Made by a program: the position numbers and the translations under genes | The notes under the pieces: model-generated | Databases searched by the model: none | Seen by the model: the letters and a program-made list of their open reading frames with translations, nothing else | What the model was told of the DNA's origin: nothing | DNA from: a virus | Taxonomy: Duplodnaviria; Caudoviricetes | IMG/VR virus record: IMGVR_UViG_3300009604_000012 | Location: 1-57,594 of that record | Length of the DNA stretch: 57,594 nt | Reading direction: 5' to 3' (one strand) | In this document: positions 1-8,579 of the stretch, one piece after another | Position numbering within the stretch: the first letter of the stretch is position 1 | Layout: the number at the start of each line of letters is the position of its first letter

Positions 1-128
1 CCATAGGCTCTCTGGAGTTCTGCTGGATACCGCAACGCTTCTGCGCTGGTGATCTCCAACTCATCAATGAGGATGAGATGGTCCTGCGCGACGGTGCGTA
101 TGTGGTCTGTCGCTTTGATGAGTGTCAT
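1..128 (-). CDS. Hypothetical early protein, N-terminal part running off the window edge
   Basis: SD AGAGGAG then ATG at 128; MTLIKATDHIRTVAQDHLIL... stays open to base 1. It may continue into the open frame at 57594. Confidence 0.6.
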   Translation of the reverse strand, partial: MTLIKATDHIRTVAQDHLILIDELEITSAEALRYPAELQRAY

Positions 129-207
129 GATTTGTTTCTCTCCTCTTGGTGTAGTTGACTGGTTCCAGAAGACAGACAAACCAGAGGCTTGTCTGCCTGA
201 GCAACCT

Positions 208-375
208 TCAACGATCTTCAGCGTCCATCACGATATGAATGCGTCCGGGGAAATCCTTGACCGCTTCACGCAAGAGCTTTCGGAACTCTTCCCTGCCCCC
301 GCACTCTGCTAAGAATTCATTCGCCTCGGCTTTCCACTTCGCTCGCTCTTTCGGGTCTTTTGGATATGAGATCAT
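208..375 (-). CDS. Small hypothetical protein (55 aa), not in ORF track
   Basis: GGAGGGGAG SD, then MISYPKDPKERAKWKAEANEFLAECGAGKEFRKLL...EDR*. Confidence 0.65.
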   Translation of the reverse strand: MISYPKDPKERAKWKAEANEFLAECGGREEFRKLLREAVKDFPGRIHIVMDAEDR

Positions 376-389
376 TCGTTTCTCCCCTC

Positions 390-1259
390 CTATGCTGCTG
401 GAGCGAGCTTACGCTCCAGCGTTTGTACGATTTTTCCGTAGGCTACCTCGATGCTGTCTCCGAGGTCCGGCGCGATGCATACAGCGTTCTTCGGCATGAG
501 ACCGGGGAATTTGTGGTACAGGTCCCCGTGAACGGTTCGACCGTAGCTGCCGAAGCCTTCGCAGAATGCTCTGGTCTGGTCTAAACCCTGCCGTTCGCGA
601 AGCGCGAAGACCAAGCGTCTGAAAAAGGCTGGGTGCGCGATTCCAAACGCTAGCGCCGGGAGTTGCAGCGTGTCTTCGGGACGCTTGATGACGACGGTTG
701 CTGCATGGTACCGTCCGGCAGATTCGCTCAGAAACCACGCGGTCAGCTTGACCCGGATGCCTTTGGCTTCGATCTTTTCGACAGCCGCCAGCAGCGCTAC
801 GCCTTGTGCGAAGAGGTCCTCGGCGGTCACATTACAAGTGCCTCCACCCTTGAACCAGACATCCAGCACTGGATACTGCACCTCGTCGGTTTCGAGGTCA
901 TCCAAGTAGCATTCGGGGTCCCCTTCAAGGTATTTCCCAAGGTCCAGCTCCTCGCCGACGACATCGGCAACCCAGTCAGATGCAGTGACGGATTCCCATG
1001 TGGCCGCGATCTCTCCGACCTGCTCGTTGCGGAGCTTTTCGATCTTTTTGGCTCCATCAGCCCAGCCAGTTTGCACGAGTTTCAGGCTCCCTTTGTAGCC
1101 TAGGTCGAAGTCCCAGTCCGGCGCACGGTTAAGCCCTGACGTGCTCGACCAGTTCCGCTTGTTTGGAATGGACCGGGGTGTTTTTTCAATCCAGTCCACT
1201 AGCTCACTCAAGCCAGCGAAGTCATGCCGGACAAAGCCCGGTTTTGGTTCGGTTTGCAT
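390..1259 (-). CDS. vWA-like partner of MoxR-type ATPase (DUF7192/CobT-like)
   Basis: Directly downstream of the AAA ATPase. Rossmann-like segment VLDVWF...ALLAAVEKIEAKGIRVKL...VVIKRPED...HPAFFRR. SD AGGAG. Confidence 0.6.
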   Translation of the reverse strand: MQTEPKPGFVRHDFAGLSELVDWIEKTPRSIPNKRNWSSTSGLNRAPDWDFDLGYKGSLKLVQTGWADGAKKIEKLRNEQVGEIAATWESVTASDWVADVVGEELDLGKYLEGDPECYLDDLETDEVQYPVLDVWFKGGGTCNVTAEDLFAQGVALLAAVEKIEAKGIRVKLTAWFLSESAGRYHAATVVIKRPEDTLQLPALAFGIAHPAFFRRLVFALRERQGLDQTRAFCEGFGSYGRTVHGDLYHKFPGLMPKNAVCIAPDLGDSIEVAYGKIVQTLERKLAPAA

Positions 1260-1350
1260 CGTTTGTCTCCTGTTTGGTTTGGTTTGTATTCGTAAGTTCT
1301 AGGAGAGGTTGCAGAGCGAACCCTGCAACCCGACCTGCAACCAACGACTA

Positions 1351-2538
1351 CTACGCACAGATGAGATGGTTCCGGTCGGTCTGGCTCAGACCGGAGAGAA
1401 TCGTCGTTTCGATGACGACCTCTTCCGACTCGCCCAGACCGAGTAGTACAGCGCCCTGAATGGAAGCACGGGGGCTGATGATGACCCTGAGATTCTTCGC
1501 TGCTGCCTTGCGACGATACTCTTGCACCTTGGCGACCCAGTCATCGTTGCCAGCGACCTTACGCTCTAGCTCCTCGTCGTAGTCCCAGATGATCGGGACA
1601 AAACGGTCGAGGTAGGCACCGTCCAACTTTTGCCTCGCTGAGTACAGTTCGTTGGCCCCGTGACCGTGGGTGTTTTGCGTCGAGACGCACCGGAAATTCT
1701 CGTGTCGTTTGACCGTCTCCGCATTACCAAAGGTCACGTAGTCACCAGACAACGCGCTGTTCAGCCACGCCAGTGTGTTTGGATTGCCGTTGTCCGCTTC
1801 ATCGAGTAGGAAAACCCGACCGAATTTCCAAGCGCGGTAGAAGGCGGTCTCGACAAACTCTCCCGTCCCCGGCAGCTTGTAACCAGAGAACTTGGTCTCC
1901 CCAGTCAGTTTGGAAAGACTGATGGTCTCAAACTCCAGACCGAGTGCCTTCGCCGCATTGTACGTGGCTCGCGATTTGCCTGAGCCAGCGGGTCCGACAA
2001 GGTTGATGTTCAGTGGCTTGCCGTCGTTGTCCTTGCCATGCAGCCAGAGGACCAGCCGTGGGAAGCTGCAATGCTCGTCAGTCGCCTCGTAGGGCGGCAG
2101 CTCAGGCACCTCGATGACGATGCGCTGCGCGGGGCTGTTTTCGATGCCCTTTTTGATCAGCTCGTTGATCTGGTCAGCATCAAGCAGTCCGTCCAGCTTG
2201 CCATCAAGATACGGTTTCAACTCCCCGGCGATCAGTTCCCAAAGACCGCCCGTTGGCAGCGCTTCGGTGGTGTTTTCCACAGTCGTTTCCTTTCTTGCTT
2301 CGACGACGACTTTTGCCTGTGTTCGATGCGACTCAATCCTGCTCTTCGCAGAGGCAAGGTCACAAGGCGTTTGTCCATCGATATTGCGTCGACTCGGAGC
2401 ACCGGAGTGCCATTCATTTTTGGTGACATCCCAGTCGGCATAGACGGCGTTTCCGGCAGCAGAGTGCTTGTAGACTTTGCTGATGACCTGCGTCCCGCAT
2501 CCTGCCGCGCAGGTGTGAGCTTTTGACGTTCTCGGCAT
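1351..2538 (-). CDS. MoxR/CbbQ/CobS-like AAA+ ATPase
   Basis: Walker A GPAGSGKS, Walker B FLLDEAD, sensor STQN, arginine finger LDGAYLDRF, ISPR motif. Confidence 0.9.
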   Translation of the reverse strand: MPRTSKAHTCAAGCGTQVISKVYKHSAAGNAVYADWDVTKNEWHSGAPSRRNIDGQTPCDLASAKSRIESHRTQAKVVVEARKETTVENTTEALPTGGLWELIAGELKPYLDGKLDGLLDADQINELIKKGIENSPAQRIVIEVPELPPYEATDEHCSFPRLVLWLHGKDNDGKPLNINLVGPAGSGKSRATYNAAKALGLEFETISLSKLTGETKFSGYKLPGTGEFVETAFYRAWKFGRVFLLDEADNGNPNTLAWLNSALSGDYVTFGNAETVKRHENFRCVSTQNTHGHGANELYSARQKLDGAYLDRFVPIIWDYDEELERKVAGNDDWVAKVQEYRRKAAAKNLRVIISPRASIQGAVLLGLGESEEVVIETTILSGLSQTDRNHLICA

Positions 2539-2630
2539 TTTGGTCTCCCTCGTTTTGTGAAGCGTTTAGCGTTTGATTTAGTTTGGATTGATTCTAGGGA
2601 AGCCCCTGTCTCCAAGAGCCTCCCTGCAAC

Positions 2631-2720
2631 CTATCCAAATTGCAATGCGGTGAGGCTGATGCCCCAGATGATCAATGTGATGCCGATGAGCACAAACAAA
2701 GCATTCTCGATTGCGTCCAT
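2631..2720 (-). CDS. 29-aa single-TM peptide, not in ORF track
   Basis: MDAIENALFVLIGITLIIWGISLTALQFG*. Its initiation region GAGGGAGACCAAAATG is identical to that of the ATPase gene. Confidence 0.6.
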   Translation of the reverse strand: MDAIENALFVLIGITLIIWGISLTALQFG

Positions 2721-2734
2721 TTTGGTCTCCCTCT

Positions 2735-3195
2735 TAGTAATGATGCATATCGCCATCAGAGACCCTGAGATTGCTCAGAGGCTCAGAAGGCGATACCCAC
2801 AATGTCACCGCCGAGTTGCGTTGCCTGTGGCAACTGCTAGGCAGCGGTCACTCTTTTGTTGGGTATCGCTAGTCTCAGTTCGATGCTCGTAACTCTTGGC
2901 TCCGACTATTCAGTGACCCTCCGAACAGCCTAGCTGGTAGGGAGGACTGAAGACCTGTCTGCCTGCGCCTCCGAAGAGGTTATCGTGGCAAATTTTCGCC
3001 GGTCACGTTTTCGGGCTACGCGATGCCGTGGCACCGGAGAAGCCCTGAGACCCCGTATGATGTTCTGTCGCAGCCTAGTGATTTCCGCCGTTCACCGTGC
3101 GTCCCGCTGCGTCTCAGTTCTGGCCGTCAAACTTGGTCTGCCGCTGCGCCCACCGTTGGAATCGAGCCGGTCTCGCTGACCGCGTTTGACGTTGA
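2735..3195 (-). ncRNA. Candidate long structured leader/ncRNA
   Basis: No credible ORF. Many nested inverted repeats, a cUUCGg tetraloop on the minus strand, and an extended -10 promoter just upstream. Confidence 0.55.
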
Positions 3196-3199
3196 GGGA

Positions 3200-3208
3200 A
3201 TAGTAGCA
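3200..3208 (-). promoter_or_regulatory. Extended -10 promoter of the early leftward transcript
   Basis: TGcTACTAT on the minus strand, immediately before the structured leader. Confidence 0.5.
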
Positions 3209-3526
3209 CAGTAGATATAGTGACAGTTGTAAGCGTAGGGATTTGGCCTCTAACATGCTGCGGGTGCAGGGGTTACGGGAATGCGGGTCTTGGACAGTCC
3301 CATCTCTGCGTTTGGAATCGTGTAAGTCCTTTGGATTGTGATGGTTAGCGGGATGGTCAAAAATTAAGTGCTTTGTTTACAGTAAGTTAGGTGGAGTCGA
3401 TACAGTTTGGCCTTTAGAATCAACAGGTTACAGCGGGGGCTTTTGGGGCAATCCGCTAAGTCCTTATTACTCTAAGTATTTACGGGGAGGGTTTTTGGCA
3501 GTTTGGAATGGCTTTGGTGGCTACTA

Positions 3527-3571
3527 CGCCAGTGCCAGTGCTACGCCATTGGCGTCTAGGTGGCACTGGCG
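3527..3571. other. Nested GC-rich hairpin
   Basis: CGCCAGTGCCA/TGGCACTGGCG (11 bp) enclosing ACGCCA-T-TGGCGT. Confidence 0.6.
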
Positions 3572-3694
3572 CAGCAGGGGACTTTCGGGCAGGTCACTAC
3601 GGGTCGAGGCTTTTGGTCAGCTTGACCAGTCGCACGGTCAGGTCCGTTAGCTCGACGCTGAGACGCATTAGCTCAGCGAGCAATTCAGCGCGGG

Positions 3695-3889
3695 TCATGG
3701 TCGCACCTTGGTAGCCGCGAGGTAGGCCCGGACGAGTTGGTCTTTGACATCTGGTCTGAGCGTTTGCCAGTGCAGCCATAGCCAGTCATCGGTCTGCTGC
3801 TGGTCGGACTTATCCCCAGCAGTGCGGAGGATGTTGCAAGCGAGTGCTCTTTGCACTCGGGGTTTAGCTATCATGATATCTATCTCCAC
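3695..3889 (-). CDS. Hypothetical protein
   Basis: ORF track. Stop overlaps the ATG of a short leucine-rich ORF at 3597-3698. Confidence 0.4.
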   Translation of the reverse strand: MEIDIMIAKPRVQRALACNILRTAGDKSDQQQTDDWLWLHWQTLRPDVKDQLVRAYLAATKVRP

Positions 3890-3947
3890 GGTGAGTCGGG
3901 ATTGACTCGCTATAGAGATAGACGGCTGAGGTGGCAGGGGCTGACAG

Positions 3948-4091
3948 TTAGAGCAGTCCAGCCTCGGCGGTTACATAGATGATGTAGGCAGCGAGGTGCA
4001 GCAGCCCGATAGTGGTGAGTATCTCAGCGACTGGGAAGGTTCGACGCTGGTGCAGTTCAACTGTGGTGGCTCTGTGGTCTTGGTTGGTCAT
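3948..4091 (-). CDS. Small membrane protein (47 aa)
   Basis: SD AAAGGAG before MTNQDHR...; C-terminal hydrophobic helix. Confidence 0.55.
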   Translation of the reverse strand: MTNQDHRATTVELHQRRTFPVAEILTTIGLLHLAAYIIYVTAEAGLL

Positions 4092-4174
4092 TGTCTGTCT
4101 CCTTTGTAGCTCTTGAGACGACAGTGGTCGGAAAAGGTTTTGATGGGTTACCCCCAGATGGCTTTTTGGAGAAG

Positions 4175-4486
4175 TCAATGTTGATGGGGGTTTTTGGATT
4201 TGGAATCGTCGATACTGGGTACGATGGTGCTCTGGGGGATGGAGTTGAGTAGCTCGGCGTGGGTCATCGGCTCGACCCAGACGGGGGTTCGGTCGCCAAC
4301 CCATGCATTGATGGCGTTGAACTCCAGATACTCTCGTGCCTCGTCGGGGTCCATACCATCTCGACGCATCAAGATGCCGATGGCGAGCGGGATGGAATAG
4401 ATAGCGAGGTCGGGCTGTCCGCAGCGGCGACCAATGCCAATCAGGGCATCATCGAGGTCCTCAGCCAAGAGTAGCTCTGCATCCAT
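4175..4486 (-). CDS. Conserved phage hypothetical protein, probably leaderless
   Basis: Familiar phage pattern DDALIG...DGM..DEA.EYLEFN...AWVG..TP. TGaTACACT -10 box lies 6 nt before the ATG. Confidence 0.75.
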   Translation of the reverse strand: MDAELLLAEDLDDALIGIGRRCGQPDLAIYSIPLAIGILMRRDGMDPDEAREYLEFNAINAWVGDRTPVWVEPMTHAELLNSIPQSTIVPSIDDSKSKNPHQH

Positions 4487-4890
4487 CCAGCGAGTGTATC
4501 ATTCTTTATGGGTCGACTGGAGTCAGACTGGCGTCGGGACGGACACTACTAATGATGGAGGCTCAGCCTAGCTTCGCGCATCATTCCCAACTGGATAGCT
4601 ACTCGCTGCTGGTGGGATGGTAGCCTGATGGGGCCATTCCAAAGTCATTCCAAATGATAGGGAATCTCGCTACGCCGAAACCCCGTATCAGTCTAAGTCG
4701 TTGATTCTAAAGGATAATGTGTTCGATGGGATTGATAGTCCCATCATTCTAAGTAGTTGATTCTAAAGGTTCAGGGTGTTGGAGATGGCAGTAAAGTAAT
4801 GATAGAAGGTATCCAAAGGCTGATGGTATTAAGGAATGATAACTACCTTTGTTATCAATGAGTTAGGACCGACACCCCGCTTTTCGATGG

Positions 4891-5241
4891 ACCCCCCTCC
4901 CCCTCTATAATAGAGGGGTGTAAATTCTGAGACAAAAAATGGGGTCTCAGAAAAGTGGTATAATGTGTCATGGCTCCCCTATAGTGAGTCTATAAGGTGA
5001 GCGAAAAATGATGAAACATGCACCTAACCCCAAGAGAATCAACACGTTAGTATGTGTCATGATTTCGGGTATTCTCGGCGCGATTTGACACATTTGCAAT
5101 AACTCCTTTAGAATCAGCACTTTATATGTGTCATGCAACACGATTTAGGCAAACGCGAAAAATCCATGCAACTCATTGAAAACAAAGACGTTAGCAGAAT
5201 GTTTCAAAATCGCGATTTGACCCCCATGACACATGACACAT
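4891..5241. repeat. Palindromes and ATGTGTCATG iteron-like repeats (putative pac/ori region)
   Basis: Palindrome 4900-4918; hairpin 4925-4952; ATGTGTCATG at 4963, 5052, 5126 and inverted at 5225 and 5232; CGCGATTTGAC at 5079 and 5211. Directly upstream of terS. Confidence 0.7.
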
Positions 5242-5252
5242 CATGGGAAAAC

Positions 5253-5281
5253 TTGACAAACCCATACTCATATGTTACGGT
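5253..5281 (+). promoter_or_regulatory. Sigma70-like promoter for the late module
   Basis: TTGACA-N17-TACGGT. Confidence 0.55.
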
Positions 5282-5441
5282 GTTTTCAGCCTTTTCCACC
5301 CTTTTCATGGAGAAGACTCGTCGCCAAGCACCGCTGGTCCTACGTTGGACAGCAACCTTGCAAACGGTGGGAGAACAATATGATGAAGGCGATTCTCTCA
5401 CTCTTACAAAGGTTCTCTCCGACGTTCTGGCTTAACCATAG

Positions 5442-6074
5442 ATGGCTCCTCCCCCCTCGTTGAGTCACGGAACGTCGCGAGGGAATCCTGTAGGATTACT
5501 GGGGAAGAACCCCGCACTCCGTCGCGTGCGTGCGTTGAAGATTGTGCATGCACTCTTATCCCCCGGAGCTACCCGGAAATCTGTCGCACAGGAGATGGGC
5601 TTGAGCACCAAAACAATCGAACGCGAAGTCGCTTACGCTGAGAAAGAAGGTATACTCAAGGAAGCACAGGAGATGCTCGCGCAGGAACTGATTCCTCGGG
5701 CGATGGAAGTCTTTCGGAAACATCTCCAGATGCAACTCGAACGGTCGGATAAAAAAGGGGCAGACCCGCCCGACCTGGATGCTGCGAAGGAAATCCTAAA
5801 AGGCACCCATGTGCTGGCCGGTGCCAATCAACCTACGCTCTTCGAGGATGGCACAACAGAAGTGCTGACGTTATCGGCCTATTACGATCAAAGGAAACTG
5901 AATGCGCCAGAACCAGAACGTGACCCACGGATCGTTGTCGCTGAGGTCCAAAGTGCAGAAGAACCCCGAGACGGGGAAGTTTTATGCAGAGACGACGATC
6001 AACGGACAGACGATCAAGGGACCGGAAGCGAAGAGCGGGAACACCGCATCGATGCTCCTCCGACAACGAGTTGA
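5442..6074 (+). CDS. terS: Terminase small subunit (putative)
   Basis: N-terminal HTH (TRKSVAQEMGLSTKTIERE); immediately precedes terL. Confidence 0.65.
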   Translation: MAPPPSLSHGTSRGNPVGLLGKNPALRRVRALKIVHALLSPGATRKSVAQEMGLSTKTIEREVAYAEKEGILKEAQEMLAQELIPRAMEVFRKHLQMQLERSDKKGADPPDLDAAKEILKGTHVLAGANQPTLFEDGTTEVLTLSAYYDQRKLNAPEPERDPRIVVAEVQSAEEPRDGEVLCRDDDQRTDDQGTGSEEREHRIDAPPTTS

Positions 6075-6103
6075 GCATGATGCCCTCAATGGACTGATTA
6101 ACT

Positions 6104-7774
6104 TTGGCTGACCGGATTCCCTTCGAGGAGGCTATCGCAGAGCCGATACTCCTCAAGAAACCGTGGATGGACCTGAGTGGCCCACAGAAGGTCATTCTCA
6201 AAGCGCTCTATGGCTTACCATTAACCACGGAAGAACTCGTCTGGTGGAGCATCCTGCAAGGTCCTGGCACTTATGAGCATGACCAACTGGGTTACCCAAC
6301 CACGGTGCAGCATCAGGTTCCCTACACGCCAAAGGAATATGAAGAGTGCTGGGCGATTCTCGGACGACGTAGTGGCAAGAGTCACTCATATCTGGGCTTC
6401 GTCGTGGCCTATGAAGCGCTCCTCGGGGGACACACCCGGTATATTAGCAAGAAGCAAAACTCCCGTATCTTTGTGGTCGCCCAGAAACTCGACCTCGCCC
6501 AGGCGATTATCATGGAGTTCGTGGAGCCAATCTGCTCGGCCACCCCGCTGTTGGAACGAGAAATCAAAAATGTCAACAGTGACGGGATTGTCCTTAAAAA
6601 TCGGCAGGTAATCGCACCCGCGCCCCCGCATATCAAACCCTTCCGAGGATTTGCTGTGCCCGTGGTGGCAATGGACGAAGTGGCCTTCTGGTATAAGGAC
6701 AGCGAAAGCGCCAACCCGGACTACGAAGTCGAGCGAGCGGTCTCCAAGGCCCAAGCACAGTTCCCTGACCGAAAGCGTGTCGGGGCATCGACCCCCTGGA
6801 GTAAGGAGGGATTGCTCTACGATGCGCACAGAGCAGGGACACAAGGCTCCCGCTTGGCGCATGATGACCCCCAGAAGAGTCGATTCAAGCATGCGCTTGT
6901 CGTGCATGCCCCCACACCCGCGATGCAGGTGCCATTGATCGGGATGGACCGGAACTATTTCCAAAAAGAATATGACCGGGACCCCGAAGGCTATGTCAGG
7001 GAGTTTCTCGCGAAGTTCGTGGATGCGGTCTCGGGATTGTTCACTGAGGAGCAGGTGCGAGCCGCGCAGGAAGGCCAACCCTCCTATGCACAGGGGCGGG
7101 ATGCGCTCCCCCGCGCTGACCACCCAGAAGATATCATCCCCTACTATATCGCCGCCATCGACCCGGCGTTTCGTCGGGACCGCTTTGCATTTTGCGTAGG
7201 GCATTACGAACCGGAGCGGGGATTCGTCCAAGACCATTTGCAATGGTGGGAACCCGAACAGGGCAACCCGATCAACCCCGCATTTGTATTGGATGACATC
7301 AGCCATACGCTCCTGAGATTCAAGGTGGCGATGGTCTTCAGTGACCAATATCAACTGGAATCTCTCCAACAACTGGCCTTGGACAGAGGATTCAGCATCC
7401 AGGGGATGGACTTCACCGCGAAGAGCAAAGCGAAGGTCTATGGCAATCTGTTGACGTTGTTTAGAACCGAGAAGGTAAAGTTACTCAAATGTGAGGAACA
7501 GGTCCAAGAACTGATTTCTTTGGAACGCCACAACTCCGCATTGGGGAATGTGTCGATTAGTGGGCGCTCAGGGGTACATGATGACATTGCCACCGTAGTG
7601 GCGTTGTGTGCGCGGCAGGTGATTTGGCTCATGCCGAGAACCCCGGAGGATATTGCCAAGATCAACCCCCATCGGGACCCGTCAACACATGAGAAGTGTA
7701 TGACGCAGATCATCAATAAAAAACGCCGGAAGGACATGCTTGACAGGCTTGAACGTGGTGGCTACTATTTTTAA
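6104..7774 (+). CDS. terL: Terminase large subunit
   Basis: Walker A GRRSGKS, Walker B VAMDE, motif III ASTP, nuclease AIDPA and HDD. Confidence 0.95.
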   Translation: MADRIPFEEAIAEPILLKKPWMDLSGPQKVILKALYGLPLTTEELVWWSILQGPGTYEHDQLGYPTTVQHQVPYTPKEYEECWAILGRRSGKSHSYLGFVVAYEALLGGHTRYISKKQNSRIFVVAQKLDLAQAIIMEFVEPICSATPLLEREIKNVNSDGIVLKNRQVIAPAPPHIKPFRGFAVPVVAMDEVAFWYKDSESANPDYEVERAVSKAQAQFPDRKRVGASTPWSKEGLLYDAHRAGTQGSRLAHDDPQKSRFKHALVVHAPTPAMQVPLIGMDRNYFQKEYDRDPEGYVREFLAKFVDAVSGLFTEEQVRAAQEGQPSYAQGRDALPRADHPEDIIPYYIAAIDPAFRRDRFAFCVGHYEPERGFVQDHLQWWEPEQGNPINPAFVLDDISHTLLRFKVAMVFSDQYQLESLQQLALDRGFSIQGMDFTAKSKAKVYGNLLTLFRTEKVKLLKCEEQVQELISLERHNSALGNVSISGRSGVHDDIATVVALCARQVIWLMPRTPEDIAKINPHRDPSTHEKCMTQIINKKRRKDMLDRLERGGYYF

Positions 7775-7788
7775 TTGAGGAGGTAATT

Positions 7789-7956
7789 ATGCCAGTAGTA
7801 GATGGAAAGAAATACCCCTATACCAAAGCGGGGAAGGCACAGGCATCTCGGGCGAAGAAGGGAAAGGCGTCAGGGAAGGGTGGGAAAAACAAACCCAACA
7901 GCAGTAGCATGGGTGCAGGCAACATGCGTGGTGGACAACCGAAAGGCACCAAATGA
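7789..7956 (+). CDS. Small basic Lys/Gly-rich protein (55 aa), not in ORF track
   Basis: GAGGAGGT SD; MPVVDGKKYPYTKAGKAQASRAKKGK...; ATGA overlap with the next gene. Confidence 0.8.
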   Translation: MPVVDGKKYPYTKAGKAQASRAKKGKASGKGGKNKPNSSSMGAGNMRGGQPKGTK

Positions 7957-8210
7957 ACTGGGGCCAACTCGGAGGCGCAGTGATTGGCAATATCGCGAGC
8001 ATCGTCAAGTTGGTAGAGGGTATTCGCGGGAAACGCGAGGGTGTGCAGAAGCAAAACCTTGCGGTGGATTTGTTTTTTGCCCTGATCTCTAGCCAAGAAG
8101 AGAACGAGGTCGTAGACCGTATCGAACACGCAGAGGATGAAGTGCGTGGGGTGATCGATGCCGTGGTTGCATTAGAGAACAAACTGCGGAGTTTCGGTGG
8201 AAATCCTTGA
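7953..8210 (+). CDS. Hypothetical protein
   Basis: Translationally coupled ORF with amphipathic N-terminus. Confidence 0.65.
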   Translation: MNWGQLGGAVIGNIASIVKLVEGIRGKREGVQKQNLAVDLFFALISSQEENEVVDRIEHAEDEVRGVIDAVVALENKLRSFGGNP

Positions 8211-8236
8211 CAACAATGGGTTTCTCGTGCTACGGT
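8207..8236 (+). promoter_or_regulatory. Sigma70-like promoter upstream of the head genes
   Basis: TTGACA-N18-TACGGT with TG extension; same -10 hexamer as the 5253 promoter. Confidence 0.5.
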
Positions 8237-8249
8237 GCTCTGAGATCGC

Positions 8250-8576
8250 ATGACCTTTCCGTTCTGGTGGCTTCCCTCGTGGCGACACCGTGTGCAGCTC
8301 GAAGCGAAGCTCGACCTCCTACTCTCGCAGCAGCAAGCCGCGCAAAAACAACTGATACACGCAGTTGAACGCATGACCGATGTCGCTGCCGCACAAACGA
8401 AGGTGTTCGAGACCTGGGTGGGTTTGTTTAAGGAACAGCACCATCAACCCACACGACGCTGGACTCGTGATGTGGCACAGGAGAATCAGGAGTTCCTCGC
8501 ACAACGGGGCATGCCTGACAACTTATCCGAGACAGAACAGGCGGAGTGGGTGAAGCAGGAGCTGGGAATAACCTAA
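8250..8576 (+). CDS. Hypothetical protein preceding portal
   Basis: ORF track; ends 3 nt before the portal start. Confidence 0.65.
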   Translation: MTFPFWWLPSWRHRVQLEAKLDLLLSQQQAAQKQLIHAVERMTDVAAAQTKVFETWVGLFKEQHHQPTRRWTRDVAQENQEFLAQRGMPDNLSETEQAEWVKQELGIT

Positions 8577-8579
8577 CTG

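Larger units (their letters stand above)
3251..5193. repeat. Dispersed 25-26 bp quasi-palindromic motif, consensus about TAAGTnnTTGATTCTAAAGGAGTTA
   Basis: Degenerate copies at 3251, 3323, 3365, 3406, 3457, 4694, 4750, 4840, 5025, 5100 and 5169; one more at 39201. Confidence 0.8.

Noticed and set aside
4977-4995. GACTCACTATAGGG match to the T7 promoter core on the minus strand (weaker copy at 3904-3918)
   Set aside because: The upstream TAATAC is absent, no single-subunit RNA polymerase is encoded, and the site is part of a local palindrome.
3251-5193. Possible CRISPR array
   Set aside because: Repeats are degenerate, in mixed orientation and irregularly spaced, and there are no cas genes.
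5133-5435. 100-aa ORF before terS
   Set aside because: It overlaps the repeats and the predicted promoter and has no SD or recognisable features.
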